Of a stretch of 64,000 nucleotides of DNA, positions 39,022 to 52,775 are shown one piece after another (positions within the stretch are counted from its first letter, which is position 1; each line of letters begins with the position of its first letter). The stretch comes from Octopus bimaculoides (taxonomy: Eukaryota). The stretch is taken from the NCBI RefSeq assembly GCF_001194135.2, contig NC_068983.1:112646272-112710271 (forward strand), given 5' to 3'. The notes beneath the pieces were generated by a model. The model worked only from the letters and a program-made list of their open reading frames with translations, did no database searches and was not told the origin of the DNA. A program made the translations under genes and the position numbers.

Positions 39022-40536
39022 TGCACACGCACGTGCACACACACACATGATTATGATACTGTTTTGTGCTCGTAATCGTATGCAAACATGCCAAACTTTC
39101 TGTTTAAGCATTATTCAATCATTTTGGTTTAACAAATTAACTGTAACAATTCTGATGGCAGCTCATCCAAGCATAGCTGAACATCGAACATTATTTTGTT
39201 CATCCAAAATATTCTTGTTACTGTACATTACTGCTTTATAATTCTTTTTCAGTTCATGAACACCAATTCACTGTAATGTCTTTAGTTCTGAGACAGATTT
39301 TTCATAATGAAAAAGTAGGAAATTGGTTAAAATTTAGTTCTTGTTTAATTCTCATTTACACTTCAAGTAACTTTTTTTTATTCTTCCTCATAAATGCAGA
39401 ACAATATGAGTACATGCTAAATACCTAAGAATTCATATGCTTAATTATTCTAATATTCTTGGCACCAATTATTTAGTGAGATAATAATAGAACATCTTTT
39501 CTTTGTTCAATTTGTATAGATGCAGATAGATTTTTAATTAATGATTATTTAAAAGTTATTATTAATGTTGTTTTCTTGTTTGTCTTTTTCAAACTCCGTG
39601 TCAGTTTTCTGTGTAGCATATAATTACGTTAATTTCTTCACACACATTTATCTTATTTTGCAAAAAAAACCCCCAAAAAACCAATAACTGAAATATTCTT
39701 ATCATCATCAACATCTTTACAATTTATATTAAGAAATTGGTGACCTATCTTGAATTCACAAAATATTTATTGTCTACATTTGTTGTTTCTATAAAGCTCC
39801 AGGTCAACTCTGATTATGCCAGCTTATGGATCATCATCTGAATGACTACATAATGGTATGATCTACATAATAACTTGTATTCCTTGATGTAGACAGGCCT
39901 TGAACTTCCACCACTTATATAAACCTGACTCACTCATCTTTCCACCTCTTATCAACCTTGTTTGAAAACAAAGCTGCAGCACTATGCATTTCATTACACA
40001 GTAGATGATCATAAGAAATGTAGTCTTGCTATTTCAAATTGTTGTACTATTTCTCTACAGTTGTATATTCTGTCGGTTGCCACAGCAGAGGAAAACGAAA
40101 TCAACTCGGCCAGTTGTTCCTTGATATGATTTTTGAAGTGCCTCTGCTACCTAGTATATCCATCACATCTAAATTTCTAGTTCTCTGTGTCAGTCTGCCA
40201 GAAATCTTGCACAGCTTCTGTACATTTTGTTTCAACTCAATACACAATAGTGAATTCCTATTAATTTCCTTTCTAAATGTTGAGCAAAAGTTATTCCAAG
40301 AAGACAATGAAATTCCACTGTATGCATCTCGTCAGCATATCTCAAAGATTACTCTGAATAAATATAATTAAAGAACACTTGCTTCTAAAGTTAATTCCTG
40401 ACTATCAGCTACTACTTGTAACTCACATTACTCAGAACAAACTGGATAATAATAGAGTGAACCCTTTACAAATGCAAACTAAACTTGTTAGTTGCTCAAT
40501 CATTCTTAGCAGCTAACAATATATATATATAACAAG

Positions 40537-40567
<31 letters not shown>

Positions 40568-40664
40568 ACAAGATATATATATATATATCTGTTGACGGTT
40601 ATTTTTAATACTTTTCTCATGAGATTGCATGTTCATTTCTCTTTTTGCCATCTGTGATTCATAT

Positions 40665-41155
40665 TGATGGCTTGTTGCCAACTTAATGTGGCAGTCCCAG
40701 GAAAGGGAAGAATGCTACTGCTATTTAGCTCCAAGAAACACCGTTTCTAGTTGGCTATGGGACAAGCGTCCTCTGTCCTTAAGTTTTCAAACAGGGGAGA
40801 TAAGCACCTCCACCCAACAAAGCTAGCATTTGAGAGATTTAGAAATGCAATATTTTTAATTTTGTAGATCAGTGAATTTATTTCACTTGAAATTCTATAA
40901 GTTTTCAACAGTGATTTATCACTCACAGCTAGCAAAGCCAAGCTACTCCAGAGTGATGAAGGGCAACTACCCTGAAACTAGTCTCTGAATGCTGGCTTTG
41001 TTGGGTGGAGGTGATTATCTCCCCTGTTTGAAAACTTAAGGACTCAGAACGCTTGTGTTGTGTAGCCAGCTAGAAACGGTGTTTCTTGTGGCTAAACAGC
41101 AGTAGCATTCTTCCCTTTCCTGGGACTGCCACATTAAGTTGGCAACAAGCCATCA
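40665..41155. repeat. ~165-bp-arm inverted repeat (Penelope-like terminal repeat relic)
   Basis: 40665-40830 is a close reverse complement of 40988-41155; the spacer holds a hammerhead motif. Confidence 0.9.
40949..40987 (+). ncRNA. minimal type I hammerhead ribozyme motif, C3 mutated to G
   Basis: CAGA-GTGATGA-AGGG CAACTA CCCT-GAAAC-TA-GTC-TCTG; stem III is the palindrome ACTAGT. Confidence 0.6.
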
Positions 41156-42432
41156 CTTTATCATACTGCTACTGCATAACTCTCTTTGAGAGATTTAGAA
41201 ATGCAATATTCCTAACATTTATATTGTTAGTTTCATATAACTTTAGTATCTCATTTGTCCAGAAAAATCTCTTACTATTTCCAGTAATTGGGTAGAACTT
41301 CATGTACAACTTGATAAACCTAAAACAGCTACTACAACACCAATTTTAGCACATCAGCATTGAGTTTAACACTTTTTATAGCTCATCAATTATCTCTGGT
41401 CATCTGGAAATTTCTCGGATTTTTATCTTTATTGCCTCATTTACCATACTTGCAATAACACCTAAAACTTGCCCTTCAGTCCTTTCCCTAGATTTTAAGC
41501 TTTAACTAACTTATTTATATCCTTTGATTAATAGGAATTAATGCAGAAGCAGCTATATGGTCATTTTCCTTTGTGTGTGTGTGTGTGTGTGTGTGTGTTT
41601 GTGCCTTTGTGAATGTATGTAATGTATGTATGTATGTATGTATGTATGTATGTATTTATGTATGTAAGTATGTGTGTAAATGTATCAGTCAAGTCTCCCT
41701 GAAATAACACCCTATCAGCTTTTAAAAAGGAATGCATTGGATGTGAATGTTTTAGAAACATTCAGCACCAAAAAAATAATGAAATAGGAAAAAGAGATGG
41801 GATAGTCATAATTGGAATGACACTAAACATAGATGTACTTGATCAGTGTTGACCTGAGGTTAAGCTGCACCAACCACAAATTACATTATGGTAAGTGAGA
41901 GAACCAACATAATAAGGCAATTCTCACCAATGATATTTTGATCTGTGCAACCATACAGCCTTGAAATATAGAATATTTTATGATTTTTTATTTTTAGCAA
42001 GCATTCAACTTTTTGTACCTTTGGTGGATAAGTAAACTTGACCTTATATCTAGCTTACTGATATCACTCCCTGCAACTCTTTAACCCTTTCATTACTGTA
42101 TTTATTTTGAGATGCTCTGTATTTCTCTCAATTAATTTTAAATATAACTGGGTTCAGTCATACTATGTGGACATTTGGGCAAGTGTGTTCTTCTATAGCT
42201 TCAGGCTAACCAAAACCTTGTGAGTGGATTTAGTAGATGGAAACTGAAAGAAGCCCATCATATATATATGATCGAACACCACGCATCCATTTCCAAGTAA
42301 GTTTTATCTTAATAATTCCGACGTGCACTCTACAACCTATCTCTATTCTATCTCCTTCTTTTGTTCTTTTTCCTTTCTGTTTTTCTCTCCCACCCTTTCC
42401 CTAATTCTTCTCCTCTCCCCTTCACCATAAAA

Positions 42433-42769
42433 AATAAAGATCCCCTTCGGTCATGAATGACCATGGGATTGCACCTAAAATGTTCCCCTCTGAGGCACAA
42501 GTCCAAGCAAGGTTGTTTATGGAAGACTAGCAATCACCCATGCATACAGCTTCCCCTCTCCATGCCACCAATATTATCCAAAGGGAAAGCAAAGGCCAAT
42601 ACAGCTTGGCACTAGTGACGTCACAACTCATTTCTCCAGCTGAGTGAGCTGGAGTAACATGAAATAAAGTGTCTTTCTCAAGAGTACAACACACAGTCTG
42701 GTCCAGGAATCGAACTCACTACTTCATGATTGTGAGCCCATTACTCGAACCACTGAGCCATGTGCCTTA
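42433..42769 (-). mobile_element. SINE family C
   Basis: Homologous to 28092-28428; minus-strand head ggcacatggctcagtggttcgag...gagttcgattcc. Confidence 0.85.
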
Positions 42770-43261
42770 CCCTAGATAGATGCGAAATAGGGATATGATG
42801 TGATTGATATGTGTTGAGTAAAGAGATGCAGAGTGACAGAGATGGAGACTGCAAGCAGCTAAATGCAGATAGCGTGAGTGACAAGAACGATGGGTGTGTA
42901 TATGATAGATATGAGGGGACGTTCAGGAGAATAGAGTGTTTCATGGAAAATAAAGTAGTAAAGAATTATGTTCTGAGTGCAGTAAGGGTGGCAAGAGAAT
43001 TGGCTCCAAAGAAAGGAATAACTAGTAACACCAAAAATGGAAGGGATGTAGTTGATTACTTCTGGTAATATGGTCATCTATTTAGCAGGAAGTAGCAAAA
43101 TTACTGGGGTTGGAAATTATCTGATATCCATATATTTTTAAAGAACATTAGTGATATAAGTGGTGCAAAATGGCCACAGCTTTAACTGGATATTAAATCT
43201 CAGTCACTGATTCAGCTCACCAAAAGCTTACCTTTTATCCAATGTACTCAGTTCATAGTTA

Positions 43262-43489
43262 TTAACCTTTTAGCCTTCAGATTATTCGGTCAAATGAATT
43301 GCTTATTTATTCACATGGTTTTGAAATAATCATGCATTATTTTGTAGCTTCAAGATTTCAATGGTGTATTTTTATATTTTTAGAATACCACTGTAGGGTA
43401 GGTATGAGAGACTGGATCTGGTCAGTTTTAACATAAAACAGATGGAATGTTTGGGCCAGATATAACCGTATTAAATGCTAGATGGATAA
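43262..43489. mobile_element. degenerate TTAA-type MITE
   Basis: ttaaccttttagc left end; imperfect gctagatggataa right end. Confidence 0.45.
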
Positions 43490-44642
43490 TATTTCAAAAC
43501 CTTAAGGACAGTAGCAATTACACAAAGTCACTAACAATTAGATAACTGACTATAACCAATTTCATATTCATTCTGAGTTCCAGCTGATTCAACATTGTCT
43601 TTTTCCCTTCAAGAGTTGATAAAACAAGTGCCAGTAATATAGTGACATCTGTTTTATTCTTTATATCTTTCCTCTTCAAAATATTGATCGCATAAGAAAA
43701 ATAAAGGAGAAAAAATAATAATATTTGTGTTAGTAAGACGAAGTAATGAAAGGAAACAGAAAATTAAGAACAAAAGTTGAAAATAAAATGGAAATAATCT
43801 TTTACTTTCTCATTTCTCTGTCCCTTATGCCCCATACACACACATACACACACATATATCTCCATGGTTTTTCCATTATGAAACATCATCTTGATTAGAT
43901 GTAGTGAACCAGAAATATTCTGACATAGAACTGACCACCAGCTTAGTTATAATGAGAAAGATATTTTTTCCCCTTTAGACATTGAAGATAAAGAAAATCT
44001 CCACTCCACTTCACCTCCATTTCTTAGATATTTCACCCTCCTTAAATATTTCCCCATCTTCCAACAGACCATGTGACAATACTGTGAAACATTGAGTATC
44101 TCTAATTTCTGTTTACTTTATCTCAATTTTGTTCTTTAACTCTTTTTCCTTATTGTAACAATAGAAAGGGAAACTTTTATTGTGTTATTTTAACATCTTT
44201 GGAGAATTTCATTCAAATACTATTTTGAATAAATTTTGTGGAATTAGACAGCTTCACAGTATGATACAAATGTATTAGTCTCACAGTTACCTGTTTATAT
44301 CCTTTTACCAGCACTTCCTAGCACTTATATTCAAAATATCTAATTCTGTATGTCCCAGTTCATTAGATATTTGCATAGCATCAAATACTTTTTTTTTTAT
44401 TATTATTTAGTTAACTGCAGGCTGTTTCTTCTACTGCTAATAGTTCAGTAACAGCATACAGAGAGCTAAATACATTTAGTGAGCAATCAGCGTTTTGTTT
44501 TTCATGCATACATAACACTATGTCAGGAACTGTCAATAGACAGAAGTACATAGTAAAAGGTGAATGTGGAGAGAAAATCAGAGCAAAATGCTGATAAAAT
44601 TTGTGACATTATGCCGGAGGAGGAGGAGGGGAGGAGGAGGGG

Positions 44643-44742
44643 NNNNNNNNNNNNNNNNNNNNNNNNNNNNNNNNNNNNNNNNNNNNNNNNNNNNNNNNNN
44701 NNNNNNNNNNNNNNNNNNNNNNNNNNNNNNNNNNNNNNNNNN
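44643..44742. other. assembly gap (100 N) within a GGA repeat
   Basis: N run. Confidence 1.
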
Positions 44743-45263
44743 GGAGGGGGAATGGGAGGAGGAGGACAATGTATCTCTCCTTCACCCTCCCTCTCACAAA
44801 CATACAATTTCTCTCTCCTTCAGGCACAAACTTCGAAATTGGTAAAAGTTATGGTTGAAAATCGATTTTTACAGGTATACACAGGTACCTCTGAGAGAGA
44901 AAGTTGACGAAAATGCACATAGGATCATTCTGAATCTCCTCCTAAAATTGGAGCGACATGCATGCTAATTTGTGGACATGCATAAACTACATTCACGTAC
45001 ACACACACACACACACATCCTGCCTTATATATATTCTGATGATAACACCCACTTATTTAAGCTTTAGTCAGATCTCACATATCAATATGAACTGTATATT
45101 CTTTAAATATTTTTACATTGAAGTAGCAGTAAAGAAATCCCTTTAAATCAGGCTCCCATCTTAAAACAGGGAACACTCAAGGAACAATGTCATTCTAGAT
45201 GTACAAAAAGACAGATTAATCAAAGCTGGAATGCTTTTTATCATAGATCTATTTGTTCAGGGT

Positions 45264-45654
45264 GGAGGTGCAATGGCCGAGTGGTTAGGGCAGCGGACTC
45301 GCAGTCATAGGATCGCGGTTTCGATTCCCAGACAGGGCATTGTCAGTGTTTATTGAGCAAAAACACCTAAAGCTCCACGAGGCTCTGGCAGGAGATGGTG
45401 GCAAACCCTGCTGTACTCTTTCACCACAACTTTCTCTCACTCTTTCTTCCTGTTTCTGTTTTACCTGTATTTCAAAGGGCCAGCCTTGTCACACTTTGTG
45501 TCACGCTGAATCTCCCTGAGAACTACGTTAAGGGAACACGTGTCTGTGGAGTGCTCAGCCACTTGCACATTAATTTCACGGGCAGGCTATTCCGTTTATC
45601 GGATCAACTGGAAACCTCGACGTCGTAAGCGACGGAGTGCCAACAACAACAACA
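45264..45654 (+). mobile_element. tRNA-derived SINE, local family D, with (CAA)n tail and TSD
   Basis: Box A tggccgagtgg, box B ggtttcgattccc, (caa)n tail, TSD-like atttgttcagggt (45251) / atttgttcacggc (45655). Confidence 0.85.
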
Positions 45655-46363
45655 ATTTGTTCACGGCTGATGTAGATTAAACAATGATGACATCAACTAA
45701 AACAAAAACAACTACACTGTTTCTATATTGATCAGTTAATGAAGATTGTCTACAAGGTAGTGGAAACAGGTTGTTAAAATTTATGTGCAATAAATTGGTT
45801 TTGCTTCTACAATAGATGGAATATTTTGACAAATTTTTTTTATATAATTCTTTATAATATTTAAGTATAAAAATATATTAGGAATTTTTAAACATCAAAT
45901 GGCTATGAGGGTCCTAAAGGAAGTCCATAGGCGAAATATGGTTGAGAACTACTGGTCTACAAGATTACTCAATTTACTAGACATAGCAGCCAAATTCCCT
46001 TAAGTCACACCCTAAATCTTAATGGATAATGTAACTTGGTGTACATTATGCTCATACAAGAAAAATAGAAAATAAATGTGATAGCCATAGCCAGAATATG
46101 CTCAATTATAGGTCTTCTGACTCAGAGCTGATTTGGTATCAAACAAAAATAACAGTATCTCTATATAATATTTTCTATCACAGACTTGTGTGGTAAACTG
46201 GGCCAGAAACAGATGAGCTGACAGATTTCCCTGTGGTTGAGATGCTAGTTTGTATCATGTGATATTTACGTCAGGCAGTTTACATCAGTAGACATTCTCT
46301 CTGAAAGAAACTGTTGCTTACTCATCAATTTAAAGAATTAATCATTATTGAAATCTAAATTCA

Positions 46364-46462
46364 CATCAGGCAAGATTTTGTATCAAACAATTTGTTATCA
46401 GGCAATTTGCATCAGGCACTTTGTATCAAGCAATTTGTATCTGGTAATTTGCATCAAGCTAT
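46364..46462. repeat. 14-bp minisatellite (atcaggcaatttgt), ~7 copies
   Basis: Read directly from the sequence. Confidence 0.75.
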
Positions 46463-47125
46463 TTATTTGTAACTGGCAGATTTCACCTGCTAGGAAACTC
46501 AAGTCAATAAGATTTAAGGATTCATCAATTTTACAATGTTGTCACATCTTACAGAAGCAACAGTTAACATTTATGAAACCTATCTCAGTTAACTTGACTA
46601 TTGAGAACAAAATGTCAAAGCCATACACATCACTATACTAAAAGAGTACAAATCCCAAATTTTTAAGCAGATGTGTTCTGATCTATTCTGACCCAATCAT
46701 CTACATCTTCCATTGTTGTCTTCCAATCTGTATATATCCTGGTTTTACAATAGGCACTCCCTGACCTTGCTTGTCCTATGAGGTCACTAAAAGGTTTAAT
46801 GACAGGATGAGGGGCATCTGATCATGGAAATATGGATGTAAAATGGTGATCAACATATCTATATCATTCTAATAGAAAGCAAACCAAAATTAGCAGCCAA
46901 GTTTCCCTCAGACCACAATTTACCATTTTAAAAAGGTAGATATCATGATTTTAGATACATTATCCATAAAAAAGCATGGTCACAGATGGAATGTCTTTTG
47001 ATCATAGATTGGCTGAGCAGATCTAGGGTTAAATATCAGTAACTTAATTGCATAAAATATATATTACAAAAATACAATCCTAAACGCTGCAATTCTGTAA
47101 TCCTTACGATTTTCTGTAATAATAT

Positions 47126-47520
47126 ACTCTTTACTCACTACTCTTTTACTTGTTTCAGTCATTTGACTGTGGCCATGCTGGAGCACCGCCTTTTAGTCGA
47201 GCTAATCTACCCCAGGACTTATTCTTTGTAAGCCTAGTACTTATTCTATCGGTCTCTTTTGCCGAACGGCTAAGTTACGGGGACGTAAACACACCACCAT
47301 CGGTTGTCAAGCGATGTTGGGGGGACAAACACAGACACACATACATATACATATATACGACAGGCTTCTTTCAGTTTCCGTCTACCATATCCACTCAGAA
47401 GGCTTTGGTCGGCCCGAGGCTATAGTAGAAGGCACTTGCCCAAGATGCCACGCAGTGGGAATGAACCCGGAACCATGCGGTTGGTAAGCAAGCTACTTAC
47501 CACACAGCCACTCCTGCGCC
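47126..47520 (-). mobile_element. SINE family A, full length
   Basis: Reverse complement of family A. Confidence 0.92.
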
Positions 47521-47776
47521 TAGCCACAGACAATCTATATGCAGAAGAATATATTAATACATTTCAAAAGCTTTATGGCCTTAGATTATGGCTTAATGCA
47601 TGTTTCCACAGTATTAAACAGATGAAAGAGAAATGTTTCTCTACAGAAGGTATTCTTTTATTTGCAAGTAACTACAAATATCAGAACTGCTAGTTACTTG
47701 TTCTCGATGGCAAAATATTATTCTAAGTAGCATTTAGAATCTTAACCCCCCCAAAAAACAAAAACAAAGATACATA

Positions 47777-47927
47777 GGCACAGGAATGGCTATGCTTCCC
47801 AACCACATGGTTCTGGGTTCAGTCCCACTGTGTGGCACCTTGGGCAAGTGTCTTCTACTATAGCCTTGGGCTGAACAAAGCCTTGTGAGTGGATTTGGTA
47901 GACGGAAACTGAAAGAAACCCATCGTA

Positions 47928-47970
<43 letters not shown>

Positions 47971-48192
47971 GTGTGTGTATATGTTTGTGTGTCTGTGTTT
48001 GTCCTCCAAAATCGCTCGACAACAGATGCTGGTGTGTTTAAGTCTCCATAACTTAGCAGTTCGGCAAAAGAAACTGATAAAATAAGTATTAAGCTTACGA
48101 ACAATAAGTCTGGGGTCAATTTCTTCGACTAAAGGCAGTGCTCCAGCATGGCTGCAGTCAAATGACTGAAACAAGTAAAAGAGTAAAAGAGT
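47777..48192 (+). mobile_element. SINE family A, small deletion in head
   Basis: ggcacaggaatggc...gactgaaacaagtaaaagagtaaaagag. Confidence 0.9.
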
Positions 48193-48912
48193 TACCATTT
48201 CAAATGAGAAGGGCACATAATTCAGTCCTAGAAACATTGAAAACAGAAGCTAAAGGGGGAAAATAAATAGCAATTGTAAGAATTTTTGCCCAACAGCATA
48301 GATTGTCCACTAAATCTGACATGCCTTATTGAATTGTTATTTCAAAAATCTATTTCACAACAGCTTGCACTGACATAGAGTCATAATACTACTAGCTATT
48401 ATTCTTCTATATTCTACATGATATTTATATGAAGAAGAATAATAAAAAAAAAATGCTTTTGTTATAAAGAGAATTAAGGAATTCATTTTAAAGTAGCAAA
48501 CTTTATTCCTACAGATCAACATCAGACTATTTCTCATCAAATTCGGAGCAGAAACCCCACCAGAGACTTTAGCTTTTAAATTCAGAGCTCTTCTTCTCCC
48601 AAGCTAAGGAGTTAGCATTCCTTCTAATCACACCAAACAGAATCGAATTGCTTTAGTATTTTTAATGGAAATACATAATATCACATATATTGAAAATCAA
48701 TGTTATATATCAGAAAATTCAGCTGATATTAAAGAAATGTATATAAAATTTCTATATTTGGGTCTAAGCAATATCTATTGATGTATGTTGGTAAGCATAA
48801 CAATCAATTTACTTATAAACCATTCATTTTGTTTATATTTTTCAGTTTTTTTTCTTTAACTTTCTCAGTAATCAATAACGTTTCTTCACGATATCTGACC
48901 ACTCTTCAAAAA

Positions 48913-48953
<41 letters not shown>

Positions 48954-49333
48954 TATCTTCACTCTTTCTCTCTCCGCACATATGTATATATATATATATA
49001 TAAAATGTATGTAAATACACATAGACACAAATAAATGCATATGCATCAATATATGCAAGTATGAAAGGGAAAGGATGTGTATGTATGTGTATATGTATAA
49101 GTGAAATATAGATACACACACACACACACACGTGCACATGTGTGTGTGCGTGTGTATGATAGATCTTTTATGAAATATTCTTTTGTAATTTTTTTGCTTC
49201 TCAAATTTGTCAAGATAAACTATATTTAAGTTGTAATTTTCAGGAAAGAAAATAGCGAAACAGCTAAAAAAGATATTAAAACTTAATGGTAGGTGTATGT
49301 GCCTGAGTTTGTGAATATAATAGTAGGAAGAGA

Positions 49334-49381
<48 letters not shown>

Positions 49382-52300
49382 GAGAGAGAGAATGGGAGAA
49401 AGAGTGAGTGTGAGAGAGAAGGAAGCAAATATGTGAGAGACTGAGACCAAGTGCGATAAAAATATAGAAAATATAAATATAAGAATTTAAATGCACAGAG
49501 AATGAGCACCAGTTGACAATGTAAAGAAATATGTATACAAAATAAATAAATAAATAAATAAATAGAATTGAAACAAATAGTTGTATATCAAATAAAGTAA
49601 AATCTGTAAGTGTGTGTAATATATAGAACATTATTATGTGTGAATACAGTTTGTGTTTGTGTATAGTTTTATCATTACTGAGAAGCTCTTGAGCTGATAA
49701 GTTCTTTTAGAGGTACTCAAGTAGAAGTATACTTTTTTTCCATGTGGTGGTCATCGATTTCTTCAATTTGCATCTTGGTGTGTGCTTCTATTGTTTCATT
49801 ATATTCTTCATTAAGTGTGATCATAATTGAAATGATGTTTCTTTCAGTATTCATAGTGAACAAGGATTAATGTTCCTGCACTGATTGTGTTAGATAGTTC
49901 CAGAGAGAAAATGTTCAACATCTACTTTTGCGAGTTCTTTGCAAGGGCTTCAGTAGGAGAGTAAAAAAGTTGCTAGGTTTTCCATCAAGGTAACACTCAA
50001 TGATATGCTCAGTATTTTTCGCTAAGCTGATTCAGATATTAAGGGCCTTTGGAGAAAGTGGCAGTATTTGTTTCATTTTTCCTTGTTGATGATGTTATAA
50101 GAATACATCTCTCAAATGTTTCCTGCATAAGCAGCTCATCATGTATGGTTCTATAAGCAAATTATGACAATGCTATACATGTATACATTGTATGAAAGCT
50201 CTTCTTTCTTGCCTGTAGTGATCTATTGTTGAATGTGTAGATAATAAAGGGGAATTTATGTGATAGGAAAATGTAACTCCATATTTTTTATCTAGGAATT
50301 TAGGAACATCTTATCTTTCTTAAAGGGAACACCTTGTCATTCTTAAAGGAGTCATTGTTTATTCAAAAGCTGAAGAAGACCAATCAAGCACTCTATCCTT
50401 GGTGTTAATTCATTTATCAGTTTGCTGATAGTATATCAAGGACACATTCCTAAAGCAACCCATTACTGCTAGGGTTCATCCTTTAGCCTTTGATGTATAC
50501 AATCCAATCCAATAGAGAAGCTTCTTGCTTAGTATTCTTATATAGCCTTTGAAGTTACTGATTTCTTCTGTAATTTGGAAGTAGCCAAACCTAATATGCA
50601 GAAAAAGAGTCAAGAGGAATTCCAAGCAGTATCTCCAATGTAAAATCTGGATGCACAAAAGTAAGTTGACAGAGAAGGTTTTCTGAGAAGGAAGACTTTA
50701 TATGTAGTAGATGCATCAGAGAAGCTAGTAGTAGAAGCACTCACAAAATAAAATTCATTCATACAGATTTCTTCTGTATATTAACCATCTGTTTTTGTCT
50801 TGGGAATGACTCTCCAAAGTCAAATAGGCAGTAATTTCCAAGAAGAAAACCTGAGAAATGATGCAGTGAGATATATATCTTGTCATATTCATACCTGATC
50901 TAGTTATTTTCCACTCTATGATTAAACAATCATTGTATTTCATATCTTACAGGAATGATGAAATAAGTAACAGACAATATAATTGGGGCAATATAATTAA
51001 ATAAAATCTCTTCAGACGGTGCCATAGGTAAAAGAAGAATAAGAATACATATAAAAAGTATGAATAAATAAGAAATTTGCAACACAAAGAATTGTAATAG
51101 CAGGTACTAAAAAGCAATTATCTTTCAGAACTATATAAAAGATTATTTTTGTAAGAAATATATATATAGTGGAATGGAATATCAGTAACCAAATAAAAAA
51201 ATAAGAGTACAATAAAAGACATTGATACCAACAAAATGATTCTTTTTGTTCTCATATGTATACTATTTTGTGTGGAGTTCACTTGCTTTTATCGAGCAAT
51301 ATTGCTCCATTCATAGATCCTCTTGTCTGATATTGGAAGCCAATTACCAATAACTCAAAAGATCTGTCTCTCACTTCAAAGACACTGATGATAATAGGTG
51401 GAGTTTGAACTCAGTTTGCAAAGAGCCACAACACATACCACAGAGTACTTCATCTGATACTTTAACAACTTCACCTTGGAGCAATATTTTATAAATTCTA
51501 AAAGGATGTAAAACAAAGCTGACGATGGCCAGATGTGAACTCAGCATCCAGACAAGTGGAACAGATGCCACAATGCATTTTATCCAACTTTTTAATAACT
51601 TAATCAATTCATCACTTATACTTATAATCGTTTCTAATATAAATGCAAGGACAGCAACCACGAGGAGAAAGGGTTAGTCAATACAGAATGATAAAACACA
51701 GTGGGTATAGAAATTGGAATATAAAGAGCTAGAGCGAGGCATTTTTCCAATGATATGAAGATTTTATTCATCTACCATCCTCACCTTTTCTTAAAATACA
51801 CATTATCATTATTACAAAATAATTAAAATCATACAGTAGTGCATGGCTGTTTAATAGTTTCAATGACTATCACCAATGGCAACACATAATCTCAAATCAA
51901 ATCACAAGCCAAATGAGTGCAAGACATGAAAATAAATTTTATTCATCTTGTAAAAAAATTGAACTATAAATTAGTTAATATCTTTAAGATATGTAATTTT
52001 AATTATATTTCGATAAACAAGAGTTACCTTTGATATTTTACCAACATGTTAATTAGTCTTGCAGAAAGCAAGTTTCTGCTAAAATTCACATTCTTAAATA
52101 CATTTTCGAGATAAGAGTAATCTGTATTTCTAGATTTGTATAAATAAAACTGCTTTTGACCAGACTGAAAGACTGAAATTTATTTCTGTTCTTTACTTGA
52201 GAAATTGAAGAACATTCGTTCATACATACATACATACATACATACATACATACATACATACATACATTGATATTTTAAGATTTTGGTTTCACATACATAG

Positions 52301-52499
52301 GATACTAATAACCTGGTGGCATAATTCAGTATGCATATGCTTCAGCCCAAAGCATTAGTTGAGTACAGAGTTTACTCGTAATATGAAATTAAATAAATGA
52401 CAAAACAATGGGAATTATGTAATCAACTTTATTAACTTACTGCAGTTCCTGCTATATGTATATATATATATATATATATGCATTATATATGTGCTTGTG

Positions 52500-52775
52500 G
52501 GTATATGTGCAGGTGTGCATATGTGTGTGCATGTACCCTTGTCTTGATATTATGTGAAATTTATAAACAAGCTTGTCATATAATTGATGTTGTCCATTTC
52601 TGGTCTTCCTGTAAAACATATCTCACTATGAGGAAATGTTACTTTGCATGAAGACAGGTGAGGGTTAGTGATAGTAAAGGCAACTGGCTGTAGAAAATCT
52701 ACCTCAACAAATTCTGTCTGATTCATGCAAGTTTGGAAAAGTGGATGTTAAAAATCAATGATGATGATGATGATG
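52500..52775 (+). mobile_element. 3' half of an old SINE-like element ending in (GAT)n
   Basis: gacaggtgagggttagtgatagtaaaggcaactggctgtagaaa...ggatgttaaaa(atg)n; a minus-strand relative lies at ~22230-22340. Confidence 0.55.

Noticed and set aside
49680-50700. Slightly less AT-rich stretch suspected to be an old Penelope or DNA-transposon ORF
   Set aside because: No diagnostic motif could be read in any frame.
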